A DNA stretch of 64,000 bases from Patescibacteria group bacterium. GTDB taxonomy: Bacteria; Patescibacteriota; Minisyncoccia; Phycocordibacterales; JBBTRF01. The DNA lies in assembly GCA_038065315.1 (NCBI GenBank), contig JBBTRF010000001.1, positions 592,458 through 656,457 of the forward strand. Reading direction: 5' to 3'. The notes below the pieces were generated by a model. The model was not told where the DNA came from. It made no database searches and saw only the letters and a list, made by a program, of their open reading frames with translations. Positions 55,903 to 64,000 of the stretch are shown piece after piece (the stretch's first letter is position 1; the number at the start of each line of letters is the position of its first letter). A program made the translations under genes and the position numbers.

Positions 55903-57840
55903 ATGAAGCCGTCTTTTGATAAGGGTCGGATCGAAAATGCCAAAAGGAAGCTCGATTCCCGGTTGGTTCAAGATATTCAAGAAGTTGAGCCGTCTTTGGC
56001 AAAAGACGAGGCCTTGAGTGTGAGGCATGATTGGGGTACGCAGCAGGCGGGAGGCTCGCCAGTGGCACCGATGGCACTCTTTCCGCAACAACACGCCAGC
56101 GTGCCCAAGAAGATTCTCATAGCCTCAGTTGCTTTTTTCATCGTCGCGGCCGGTATTTCCGCGACGCTCATCTTTGGCGGCCACAATAACATTTCTTCTG
56201 ACAATATTGGTATCGAAATTTCGGGCCCGATCACTGTCGATGGTGGCAAAGAACTGGCTCTCGAGGTCACTGTTTCCAACAACAACAAAATCGATCTTCA
56301 GCTTGCGGACCTCCGCATCGTATTTCCGGAGGGTACTCGCAAAGCCGACAATCTTGGCGAAGAGCTCAAGCGTCTGACCGATCCGATTGGTGATTTGGCG
56401 GCCGGTCAGTCGGTAAAGAAGCAAGTTCGCTCAGTCTTGTTTGGACAACAGAATGAAAAGAAGCAGATCTTGTTCGAAGTTGAGTATCGAGTCGCCGGTT
56501 CTAATGCGATCTTCACTAAAGACAAGACACTCGACGTCATTGTCACGTCATCGCCAGTGAGTCTCACTGTCTCTTCGCTAAAGGAAGTGAATTCAAAGCA
56601 AGATCTGGAATTCACTATCGATCTCGTCTCAAATTCTTCACAGATTCTAAAGGGTGTCATTGTGCGTGGGGATTACGGCTTCGGCTTTACCTACACTGGT
56701 GCCGATCCAAAGCCCTTCCTCGGTCAAAATGTGTGGCGTATTGGTGACCTCCAGCCTGGAGAGAAGCGCTCAATCCGCGTGCGTGGTCGTCTTGAGGGGC
56801 AGGATGGCGAAGATCGGGCCTTCCATTTTTCGGTAGGTGTTCAGGGTGCGGGTGATCCAAAGACGATGCAGCCAGAGTTTTTGTCGGTGGCCCAGACCGT
56901 TTCTATCAAAAAGCCTTTTGTCAGCCTCGATCTAACTCTCGACGGCTCTAGTGGGCAATTGTTGGCTGCGACAGCCGGTCGCCCTGTCCGCGGCGAGATC
57001 GCTTGGGCAAATAATTTGCCGACCAAGGTGCGCAATGTGAAAGTTGTCCTAAAGCTTAGCGGTATGCTCATCGACAAGTCTTCCGTAAAGGTCACGGATG
57101 GTTTCTATAATTCAGTCGACAACACGATTGTCTGGGATCAGAAGAATACGAAAGCCTTTATTGAAATGAGTCCGGGCGACGCTGGGCAACTCACTTTCTC
57201 TTTTGCAAGTATTGCTCAGGATATCGGCGCCCTTGATCAGTTTAAGAACGCTGAGATCTCTCTAGAGGTTGGTGTACAGGGGAGTCGTACCGACGGTGTG
57301 GATGCTTCAGAGGTGCTTGCTACACCGGTCACCAAAAAGGTACGCTTCGCTTCGGACCTGGCCGCCCTCGCTCGCTCCACTCGCTCGGTCGGCGTCTTCT
57401 CCAACACCGGTCCGATCCCACCGAAAGCTGAAACACAGTCTACATATACGATCATTTGGTCGCTCACCAATACCACGAACACCATCGACGGCGTGCAGGC
57501 TGTCGCGACCATCCCTTCGTATGTCACCTGGCTTGGCAACGTGAATCCGCCTTCTGAAAATGTGGCTTTTGATTCGACCACCGGTACGATCACATGGAGC
57601 GTCGGTGAAGTGAAGTCTGGTGTCGGTTTCTCTTCAGCGCCGCGGCAGCTACAATTCCAAGTCTCTCTTGTGCCGAGCGTGAGCCAGGTCGGTTCCGCGC
57701 CTGTGCTGGTGAATGACCTAATGGTGCAGGGCACCGACCGCTATACTGGTACGCCGCTTCAGGTGAGTCGCCCGGCAGTGACGACCCGCATTAATTCCGA
57801 TCCGACCTACGTCAACGGATCGGAGACAGTGGTGCAGTAG
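55903..57840 (+). CDS. membrane-anchored protein with Ig-like (DUF11-like) beta domains
   Basis: Single TM; repeated W.IGDL.PGE / W.VGE motifs. Confidence 0.75.
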   Translation: MKPSFDKGRIENAKRKLDSRLVQDIQEVEPSLAKDEALSVRHDWGTQQAGGSPVAPMALFPQQHASVPKKILIASVAFFIVAAGISATLIFGGHNNISSDNIGIEISGPITVDGGKELALEVTVSNNNKIDLQLADLRIVFPEGTRKADNLGEELKRLTDPIGDLAAGQSVKKQVRSVLFGQQNEKKQILFEVEYRVAGSNAIFTKDKTLDVIVTSSPVSLTVSSLKEVNSKQDLEFTIDLVSNSSQILKGVIVRGDYGFGFTYTGADPKPFLGQNVWRIGDLQPGEKRSIRVRGRLEGQDGEDRAFHFSVGVQGAGDPKTMQPEFLSVAQTVSIKKPFVSLDLTLDGSSGQLLAATAGRPVRGEIAWANNLPTKVRNVKVVLKLSGMLIDKSSVKVTDGFYNSVDNTIVWDQKNTKAFIEMSPGDAGQLTFSFASIAQDIGALDQFKNAEISLEVGVQGSRTDGVDASEVLATPVTKKVRFASDLAALARSTRSVGVFSNTGPIPPKAETQSTYTIIWSLTNTTNTIDGVQAVATIPSYVTWLGNVNPPSENVAFDSTTGTITWSVGEVKSGVGFSSAPRQLQFQVSLVPSVSQVGSAPVLVNDLMVQGTDRYTGTPLQVSRPAVTTRINSDPTYVNGSETVVQ

Positions 57841-57891
57841 TTTGCCCAAAAGTCTTATTTCGCATAGGATAAAGCACATACATCACTTCCC

Positions 57892-59277
57892 ATGGCCGAC
57901 ACACACACCACAATGGAATCCATCATCTCGCTCTGCAAGCGCCGCGGTTTCATCTACCAAGGTTCCGAGATCTACGGCGGCCTCGCCGGCACTTGGGACT
58001 ACGGTCCGCTCGGCGTGACCCTCCGCAATACGATCAAGCAGCTCTGGTGGAAGCGTTTTGTCGATGACCGCGAAGACATGTACGGCGTCGACGCTGCTAT
58101 TTTGATGAATCAGAATGTTTGGAAAGCGAGCGGGCATGTTGGTGGTTTCTCCGACCCGTTGGTGGAGGATCTCAAGACCAAGAAGCGTTTCCGCGCCGAC
58201 CACTTACTCGAGGAAAAGGGGATTGACCCAAAGGGTATGACTCCAGCGCAGATGGATGCGCTGATCAAAGAGCAGAAGCTCAAGAGTCCTGAGGGCAACG
58301 CACTTGGTGAAGTCCGCCAGTTCAACATGATGTTCAAGACGCATGTCGGTGCGATCCAAGACGACACCTCTATTTCATACCTTCGACCGGAGACCGCGCA
58401 GGGCATGTTCGTAAACTTCAAGAATATCGTCGACACTTTTCATCCGAAATTACCGTTCGGCCTCGCACAGATCGGCAAAGCCTTCCGCAACGAGATTGCA
58501 CCTCGAGATTTCATCTTCCGTTTGCGAGAGCTCGAGCAGATGGAGATCGAATATTTTGTTGATCCTCGCGATACCAAGCAGGTGAATGAGACCTTTGATG
58601 CGCTCTACGCTGAGCAAGTCGCTTTTTTGAAAGACCTCGGTCTTGCTAGCTCGAAGATCCACAAGGTGGAGATTCCAGATGCCGACCGCGCGCACTACTC
58701 GAAGCGCAGTGTTGATACTGAATTTGATTTTCCATTCGGCCAGAAGGAGTTGCTCGGTCTCGCATATCGCACCGACTACGACCTCAAGGCGCACACTGAC
58801 AAGAGCGGGGTAGACCTCTCGTATTTCGATGAAGAGACCAAGACACGCTTTACGCCGCATTGCATCGAGCCGACTTTCGGTGTTGACCGACTTACCTTGG
58901 CCCTGCTTTCCGATGCCTACACCGTCGACGAGCTCGGCGGCGAGAAGCGCGAGTTTTTGAAGCTCTCCCCGAAAGTGGCACCGATTCTCGTGGCGGTCTT
59001 TCCTTTGCTGAAAAACAAACCTGTGCTCGTTGACAGGGCTCGCGAGATCTACCTCAGCCTCAAAAAGCAGCTCGGCCGCACCGCCTTCGACGACAACGGC
59101 AACATCGGCAAGCGCTACCGACGTCAGGACGAGATCGGTACGCCATTTTGTGTGACTGTCGATTTTGATACTGTCGAAAAGCCAGAGCAGGAGGTGACCG
59201 TGCGCCATCGCGATACCGGTGCTCAGGAGCGGGTGAAGATCAGCGAATTGGCAGCGTATCTTTCGGCTCGAGTCTAA
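57892..59277 (+). CDS. glyQS: glycine--tRNA ligase, alpha2 type
   Basis: EIYGG..G.WDYGPLG, YLRPETAQG, FRNEI.PR and IGKRYRRQDEIGTP. Confidence 0.97.
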   Translation: MADTHTTMESIISLCKRRGFIYQGSEIYGGLAGTWDYGPLGVTLRNTIKQLWWKRFVDDREDMYGVDAAILMNQNVWKASGHVGGFSDPLVEDLKTKKRFRADHLLEEKGIDPKGMTPAQMDALIKEQKLKSPEGNALGEVRQFNMMFKTHVGAIQDDTSISYLRPETAQGMFVNFKNIVDTFHPKLPFGLAQIGKAFRNEIAPRDFIFRLRELEQMEIEYFVDPRDTKQVNETFDALYAEQVAFLKDLGLASSKIHKVEIPDADRAHYSKRSVDTEFDFPFGQKELLGLAYRTDYDLKAHTDKSGVDLSYFDEETKTRFTPHCIEPTFGVDRLTLALLSDAYTVDELGGEKREFLKLSPKVAPILVAVFPLLKNKPVLVDRAREIYLSLKKQLGRTAFDDNGNIGKRYRRQDEIGTPFCVTVDFDTVEKPEQEVTVRHRDTGAQERVKISELAAYLSARV

Positions 59278-59314
59278 GTGTGTGGACATTTGTCCTGCGT
59301 GATATGATGGTGAT

Positions 59315-60400
59315 ATGGAGAAGAATTCTCGCAATGTCGTCATCAATATCTCTACATCCACGATCGCTAAATCGGTGATTGTCCTTTTTCTTTTTGTCCT
59401 GCTCTTTCAGGTACGCGACGTTGTGCTTGTTGCGTTGGCAGCTGTAGTGCTTGCTTCGGCGATCGAGCCGGCGACTCGTTGGTTCCAGAGACATCATTTT
59501 CGCCGCTTGTTCGCAGTGATTATTACCTACGTACTCTTGGGCTCGGCTTTTTTCGGCCTGATTTTCTACTTCGTGCCGATCATGTTCAGCGAGCTTTCGA
59601 ACTATCTCGCCAATCTGCCAAAATATCTCAACATTGCCCAGGCTTGGCTGCCGCTCGACAACCCGAACTTTCTCGAAGGCTCGGCGACCATCCAGCACAT
59701 TTCCAACACGAGCTTTTCTTTGAGCAAGGCGCTGAGCGATGCCGGCGTGGCGCTCTCCAGCCCTTCCCAGAGCTTCATCCAAACAGTCCAGCTGATCTTC
59801 GGCGGCTTGCTCAGCTTCATTTTGATCGTCGTCCTCTCTTTCTATCTCGCGGTGCAGGAAAACGGTATTCGTGATTTCCTCCGGATTATTACGCCGGTGA
59901 AGCATGAGAAATACATCATCGATCTCTGGACGCGTTCGCAGAACAAGATCGGCCTGTGGATGCAAGGTCAACTCCTGCTCGGCCTCACCGTCGGCGTGAT
60001 GGTGTTTTTGGCGATGTCGATCGCGGGGATCAAACATGCCTTGTTGCTGGCGATCATCGCGGCCGCGCTCGAGCTTATCCCTGTTTTTGGCCCGATCCTC
60101 TCGGCGATCCCTGGTGTTCTCATGGCCGTCGGCGAGAAGGGGATTACTTTCGGCTTGATTATCGCTGTCGTGTACATCGTGATCCAGCAATTCGAAAACC
60201 ACCTTTTCTATCCGCTGGTGGTGAAGAAAATCGTCGGTATTTCACCAATTGTGGTGATCCTCGCTCTCGTGGTGGGCGGAAAATTGGCCGGCTTTCTCGG
60301 CGTCTTGCTTTCCGTGCCGCTCTCGACTACTCTTATGGAATATCTGAGAGACGTCGAGCGTGAAAAGTATCACGACAAAGAATTACTCGGGACACAGTAG
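59315..60400 (+). CDS. AI-2E family transporter
   Basis: LIP.FGP, QQFEN....P and G..G.LL.VP. Confidence 0.93.
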   Translation: MEKNSRNVVINISTSTIAKSVIVLFLFVLLFQVRDVVLVALAAVVLASAIEPATRWFQRHHFRRLFAVIITYVLLGSAFFGLIFYFVPIMFSELSNYLANLPKYLNIAQAWLPLDNPNFLEGSATIQHISNTSFSLSKALSDAGVALSSPSQSFIQTVQLIFGGLLSFILIVVLSFYLAVQENGIRDFLRIITPVKHEKYIIDLWTRSQNKIGLWMQGQLLLGLTVGVMVFLAMSIAGIKHALLLAIIAAALELIPVFGPILSAIPGVLMAVGEKGITFGLIIAVVYIVIQQFENHLFYPLVVKKIVGISPIVVILALVVGGKLAGFLGVLLSVPLSTTLMEYLRDVEREKYHDKELLGTQ

Positions 60401-60402
60401 CC

Positions 60403-61893
60403 ATGAAACCGATTTATTTGACCACCACGCTGCCGTATGTGAATGCTGATCCGCATATCGGTTTTGCGTTGGAGATTGTGCACGCGGATATTTTCGCTCG
60501 ATATAACCGCCAGAAAGATGGCGGCGCCACGCAGGTCTTTTTCAATACCGGCACGGACGAACACGGCCAAAAGATCTTTGATGCGGCCAAGAAAGCCGGC
60601 CTAGATACCCAGGCATATGTTGATGGCTATGCCGAGAGTTTTCGGGGCTTGAAAACTGCCCTCGGCCTGCTTGACGATGTCCACTTTATTCGTACTTCGA
60701 GTGCCAACCACAAGGCCGCCGCACAGGCCTTTTGGCGATACTGCATGAAGGCTGGTGACATCTACAAAAAGAAGTACGTCACGAAGTATTGCGTCGGCTG
60801 CGAGCTCGAGAAGACCGATTCCGAGCTGGAAAATGGTAAGTGTACGATCCATCCGAATATGGAGATCCAGCATATCGACGAGGAAAACTATTTTTTCCGA
60901 TTTTCGAAGTATCAGGCAGCGTTGCTGGAATTGTATGAGGGAAAGGGTCCAAATCCACGGCCGAATTTTGTCGTGCCGGATTTTCGTTTCAACGAGATCA
61001 AAGCTTTTGTTGCTCGCGGTCTTGAAGATTTCAGCATTTCGCGTCTGAAGAGCAAGATGTCGTGGGGTGTCGCAGTGCCAGATCAGCCGGCCGGTGAGCC
61101 GGAGCAAGTGATGTATGTGTGGTTCGACGCTCTCGTGAGCTACATTTCCACGCTAGGCTGGCCGACAGATCAGGATAATTTCAAGCATTTGTGGACAAAG
61201 AGCGGTGGCGTTATCCATTTTGCCGGCAAAGATCAGACGCGGATGCAGGCGGCGATGTGGCAGGCGATGCTCATGTCGGCCCATGCTGGCGGTGCGGCAG
61301 AGCTTATTCCGTCAAAGCAGGTGGTGATCCACGGATTCATCACCAGTGGCGGACAGAAGATGAGCAAGTCTTTGGGCAATGTCATCAATCCATATGATGT
61401 GGTGAAGGAATACGGCACCGATGTGTTGCGGTACTTTTTGGCACGCGAAGTGCACCCTTTTGAGGACAGTGACGTGACCCCGGCACGTATCAAAGATGCC
61501 TACAATGCCAATCTTGCCAACGGCTTGGGCAATCTCGTGAGTCGTGTGATGAAAATGGCTCAGGATAATCTCGACGTACCCGTGACGATCCCTGAGTGGG
61601 AAGATATGTCGACATATTTCGCTCTTTTGGAAAAATACGAAGTGAGCAAGGCGGCAGACTATGTTTGGGCCGAGATCGCGGAGATGGACAAGTTTATCCA
61701 GGCCAATCAACCGTTCAAATTGGTGAAGACCGACAAAGCGGCAGGGCAGAAGATGATCTCCGACCTCGTCGTACGGCTCTATTCTGTCGCGCGCATGCTC
61801 AATCCGCTGATGCCGGAGACAATGGTGAAGATAAAGGAGGCAATCAAGGCTAACAAGGCACCCACCGCGCCACTCTTTTTGCGTAGGGATTAA
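60403..61893 (+). CDS. metG: methionine--tRNA ligase (short form, no C-terminal tRNA-binding domain)
   Basis: [27 protein letters not shown] and KMSKSLGN. Confidence 0.97.
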   Translation: MKPIYLTTTLPYVNADPHIGFALEIVHADIFARYNRQKDGGATQVFFNTGTDEHGQKIFDAAKKAGLDTQAYVDGYAESFRGLKTALGLLDDVHFIRTSSANHKAAAQAFWRYCMKAGDIYKKKYVTKYCVGCELEKTDSELENGKCTIHPNMEIQHIDEENYFFRFSKYQAALLELYEGKGPNPRPNFVVPDFRFNEIKAFVARGLEDFSISRLKSKMSWGVAVPDQPAGEPEQVMYVWFDALVSYISTLGWPTDQDNFKHLWTKSGGVIHFAGKDQTRMQAAMWQAMLMSAHAGGAAELIPSKQVVIHGFITSGGQKMSKSLGNVINPYDVVKEYGTDVLRYFLAREVHPFEDSDVTPARIKDAYNANLANGLGNLVSRVMKMAQDNLDVPVTIPEWEDMSTYFALLEKYEVSKAADYVWAEIAEMDKFIQANQPFKLVKTDKAAGQKMISDLVVRLYSVARMLNPLMPETMVKIKEAIKANKAPTAPLFLRRD

Positions 61894-62000
61894 AATAATT
61901 CGATTTCTAGGTGTAATATCACCTCGGTTGGCACGGCTGAATGTATGGGTGTATAATCACTAGACGTTTCCCGTTATCATTTTAATTTTCAGAATCCTAT

Positions 62001-62939
62001 ATGTGGAATAAATATACAAAAGAGGTCATTTCAGGGGTCATTTCATTCGGCATTCTCTTTTCGGGCGTAGCCGTGTTCGCTCAGGAGGGCGGCGTGATGA
62101 GCGATGACGCTACGGCAGGTGAGCCGCCAATGAAGCCACGCCCAGCCCTCTATCAGCAGCGCGAAGAAATGCGCGATGAAGTGAAGACAATACGTGTCGA
62201 CACCCGAAAGGAAGTCGGAGAGATGCGCAAAGAGAAGCGCGAGGATGTAAAGGAAAATCGAGAAGAGGTTCGAAAAGATGTCCGCGATATGCGAGAAGAC
62301 ATGCGCGAGAATGCCTCCTCGACCATGAGCTCGACTACTCGCCGAGAAATGATGGACAAGGCTCGCGACATGCGCGAGGACATGCGTGCCGATATGGAGG
62401 TCCGCCGAGAGCAGTTCAAGAAGGACGCGGAGGTAAAGCGCGAGGAGACCAAAAAGATGGTAGAGGAAAAGCGCGCGCAGTTTGCCGAGAAAGTAAAGAC
62501 GATCAAGGATGAAAAGAAGAAGGCGTCCGTCGAGAAGTTGAACGAAAATCTCATCAAGATCAACGCCAACAGCATCGAGCATTTCACCGAGGTATTGAAC
62601 AAGCAGGATTCGATTGCGGCAGACATTTCGTCTCGAATTTCAAAGATTGAGACTGAAGGAGCTTCGACCACTGTCTCTGTGGCGACAATGAAGGCGGATC
62701 TCGCCTCCGCTCAGGTCGCGATCGCTGTTGCTCGGGCAGCGGTAGTCGCTCAGACAGCCAAGGTGTACAGTGTGGCTATTACCACCGAGGCCAACCTCAA
62801 AATGGATGTTTCGACCGTCAGGAAAGCCCTCGAGACCGACCTTAAGGCCGTTCGAGACACTGTAAAGACGTCCCAGGATGCGCTTCGCAAAGTGGCTCGT
62901 GAGCTTGCACCGGCCCCAGCAGCTAATACTCAAAACTAA
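62001..62939 (+). CDS. exported coiled-coil protein
   Basis: Signal peptide ending VFA; R/E/K/M-rich helical repeats. Confidence 0.8.
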   Translation: MWNKYTKEVISGVISFGILFSGVAVFAQEGGVMSDDATAGEPPMKPRPALYQQREEMRDEVKTIRVDTRKEVGEMRKEKREDVKENREEVRKDVRDMREDMRENASSTMSSTTRREMMDKARDMREDMRADMEVRREQFKKDAEVKREETKKMVEEKRAQFAEKVKTIKDEKKKASVEKLNENLIKINANSIEHFTEVLNKQDSIAADISSRISKIETEGASTTVSVATMKADLASAQVAIAVARAAVVAQTAKVYSVAITTEANLKMDVSTVRKALETDLKAVRDTVKTSQDALRKVARELAPAPAANTQN

Positions 62940-62947
62940 TCATTCCC

Positions 62948-63160
62948 ATGAAAAAAACTCTTTCAATCATCATCGTCGTTGCAGTGCTCGGTGCGATCGC
63001 ATATTTTGCATCGACCGCCAAAGCACCGGCCGTTGATCAGGAGCAGGCCCCAGCCGCGACCGACACTGCGGCAGCAATCAATTCTTCTGTTGACTCTATC
63101 GAACTCGCAGATCCTAGTACGGACTTGAATGCGCTCGATGCAGACATCAATGCTCTCTAG
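62948..63160 (+). CDS. small membrane-anchored acidic protein
   Basis: MKK plus hydrophobic helix and D-rich tail. Confidence 0.7.
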   Translation: MKKTLSIIIVVAVLGAIAYFASTAKAPAVDQEQAPAATDTAAAINSSVDSIELADPSTDLNALDADINAL

Positions 63161-64000
63161 CACTAGTGACAGTCATAGTCGGCCGCAATTTGTTGATGTT
63201 CATGCCCACGCCAATTTCGCCGCGTACGATGCCGATCGTGACGCGGTGATTCGGCACGCGCTAGACGCCGGCGTGTGGATGATGAATGTCGGTACGCAGA
63301 AAGACACTTCGACTTCGGCAGTTGCATTGGCGGGGCAGTATGAGCAAGGTGTGTATGCCACCGTCGCGATTCACCCAGTGCACACCTGCGCGTCACATCA
63401 TGATGAAAAGGAATTCGGCAGCGGGGAAACGGGCAAAAGCTTTGTCACGAAGGGTGAAGTATTTGATCCTGCTGTCTATCGCGCCCTTGCGGCCGATCCA
63501 AAGGTGGTGGCGATCGGCGAATGCGGTCTCGACTACTTTCATCTCGATGAACAGTCATTGAAGACGCAGAAGGAGGTCTTTGTGAGGCATATTGAGCTGG
63601 CCAACGAGCTTGGCAAGCCGCTGATGCTTCATGTTCGTGATGGGGCAAAGATGGGAACGGGGAACACGCTCGGTGGTTCCGCGGCGCCCATCTCCGCCTA
63701 CGCCGACGCATATGAGCTACTCAAGCAGCACGCAAAGGTAAAAGGCAATGTCCACTTCTTCGCCGGCACCTGGGAGGAGGCGCAGAAGTTTTTCGAGCTC
63801 GGCTTCACTATTTCTTTCACCGGCGTTATCACCTTTGCCAAGGAATACGCCGAGGTGGTGCGGAAAGCGCCGCTCGAGATGATCCATGCCGAGACGGACT
63901 GTCCATACGTCACGCCGGCGCCGTATCGCGGCAAGCGCAACGAGCCAGCTCATGTGCGCGAGGTGGTCAAAAAGATCGCTGAGATCCGCGGCGAGGACTT
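63150..64000 (+). CDS. tatD: TatD family hydrolase (runs off the window end; absent from the ORF track)
   Basis: DVHAH, AIGECGLDY, PLMLHVR, VHFF and ETDCPY..P...RGKRNEP; in-frame ATG at 63150. Confidence 0.93.
   Translation, partial: MLSSTSDSHSRPQFVDVHAHANFAAYDADRDAVIRHALDAGVWMMNVGTQKDTSTSAVALAGQYEQGVYATVAIHPVHTCASHHDEKEFGSGETGKSFVTKGEVFDPAVYRALAADPKVVAIGECGLDYFHLDEQSLKTQKEVFVRHIELANELGKPLMLHVRDGAKMGTGNTLGGSAAPISAYADAYELLKQHAKVKGNVHFFAGTWEEAQKFFELGFTISFTGVITFAKEYAEVVRKAPLEMIHAETDCPYVTPAPYRGKRNEPAHVREVVKKIAEIRGED

Noticed and set aside
45545-60202. Long antisense ORFs (45545-46591, 47787-48695, 58450-59361, 59240-60202; also 39335-40552 and 32923-33768)
   Set aside because: Shadow frames of well-supported genes with GC3-biased codons; no motifs.
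62150-62520. Repetitive CGCGA(G/A)GA-rich DNA
   Set aside because: Explained by the R/E/D/M coiled-coil protein; no fixed repeat-spacer structure.
1-64000. CRISPR array, rRNA, integrase or IS transposase, second DGR target, alternative genetic code
   Set aside because: None seen by eye. Conserved genes are intact under code 11 and several end in TGA. A diverged remote VR could have been missed without an alignment tool.

Overview
Chromosomal segment of a small-genome bacterium, most likely Patescibacteria/CPR (Parcubacteria-like). This is inferred from gene content (alpha2-type GlyRS, IleRS with an inserted domain, rplK not followed by rplA, pilMNO, tRNA-Arg(GCG)) and many apparently leaderless genes; the genetic code is standard. 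Housekeeping genes (rpsT, rplS, rplK, secE, nusG, glyA, argS, ileS, glyQS, metG, recO, ruvX, tatD) alternate with accessory inserts clustered at six tRNA genes and one tRNA 3' fragment. Highlights: (1) an unannotated 32-aa peptide ending in ...TPWDN sits upstream of a fused class II terpene cyclase / class I prenyltransferase, a candidate ComX/ComQ-like terpenylated-peptide system. (2) A diversity-generating retroelement (target-VR, TR, avd, RT) has an inverted avd whose upstream ATG is out of frame across a C9 tract, a candidate phase-variation switch. (3) A four-gene operon encodes a ParB/Srx-like protein, a tandem cytidine deaminase, an MtrA-like/DUF4346/thymidylate-synthase-like fusion and a HAD phosphatase, divergent from glyA. 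(4) A two-gene restriction-modification cassette is bounded by inverted and direct repeats at a tRNA-Ser fragment. (5) Homing-endonuclease-like genes lie on the 5' side of three tRNAs, and one uses the anticodon as its stop codon. All family assignments come from reading motifs by eye; no database search was run.
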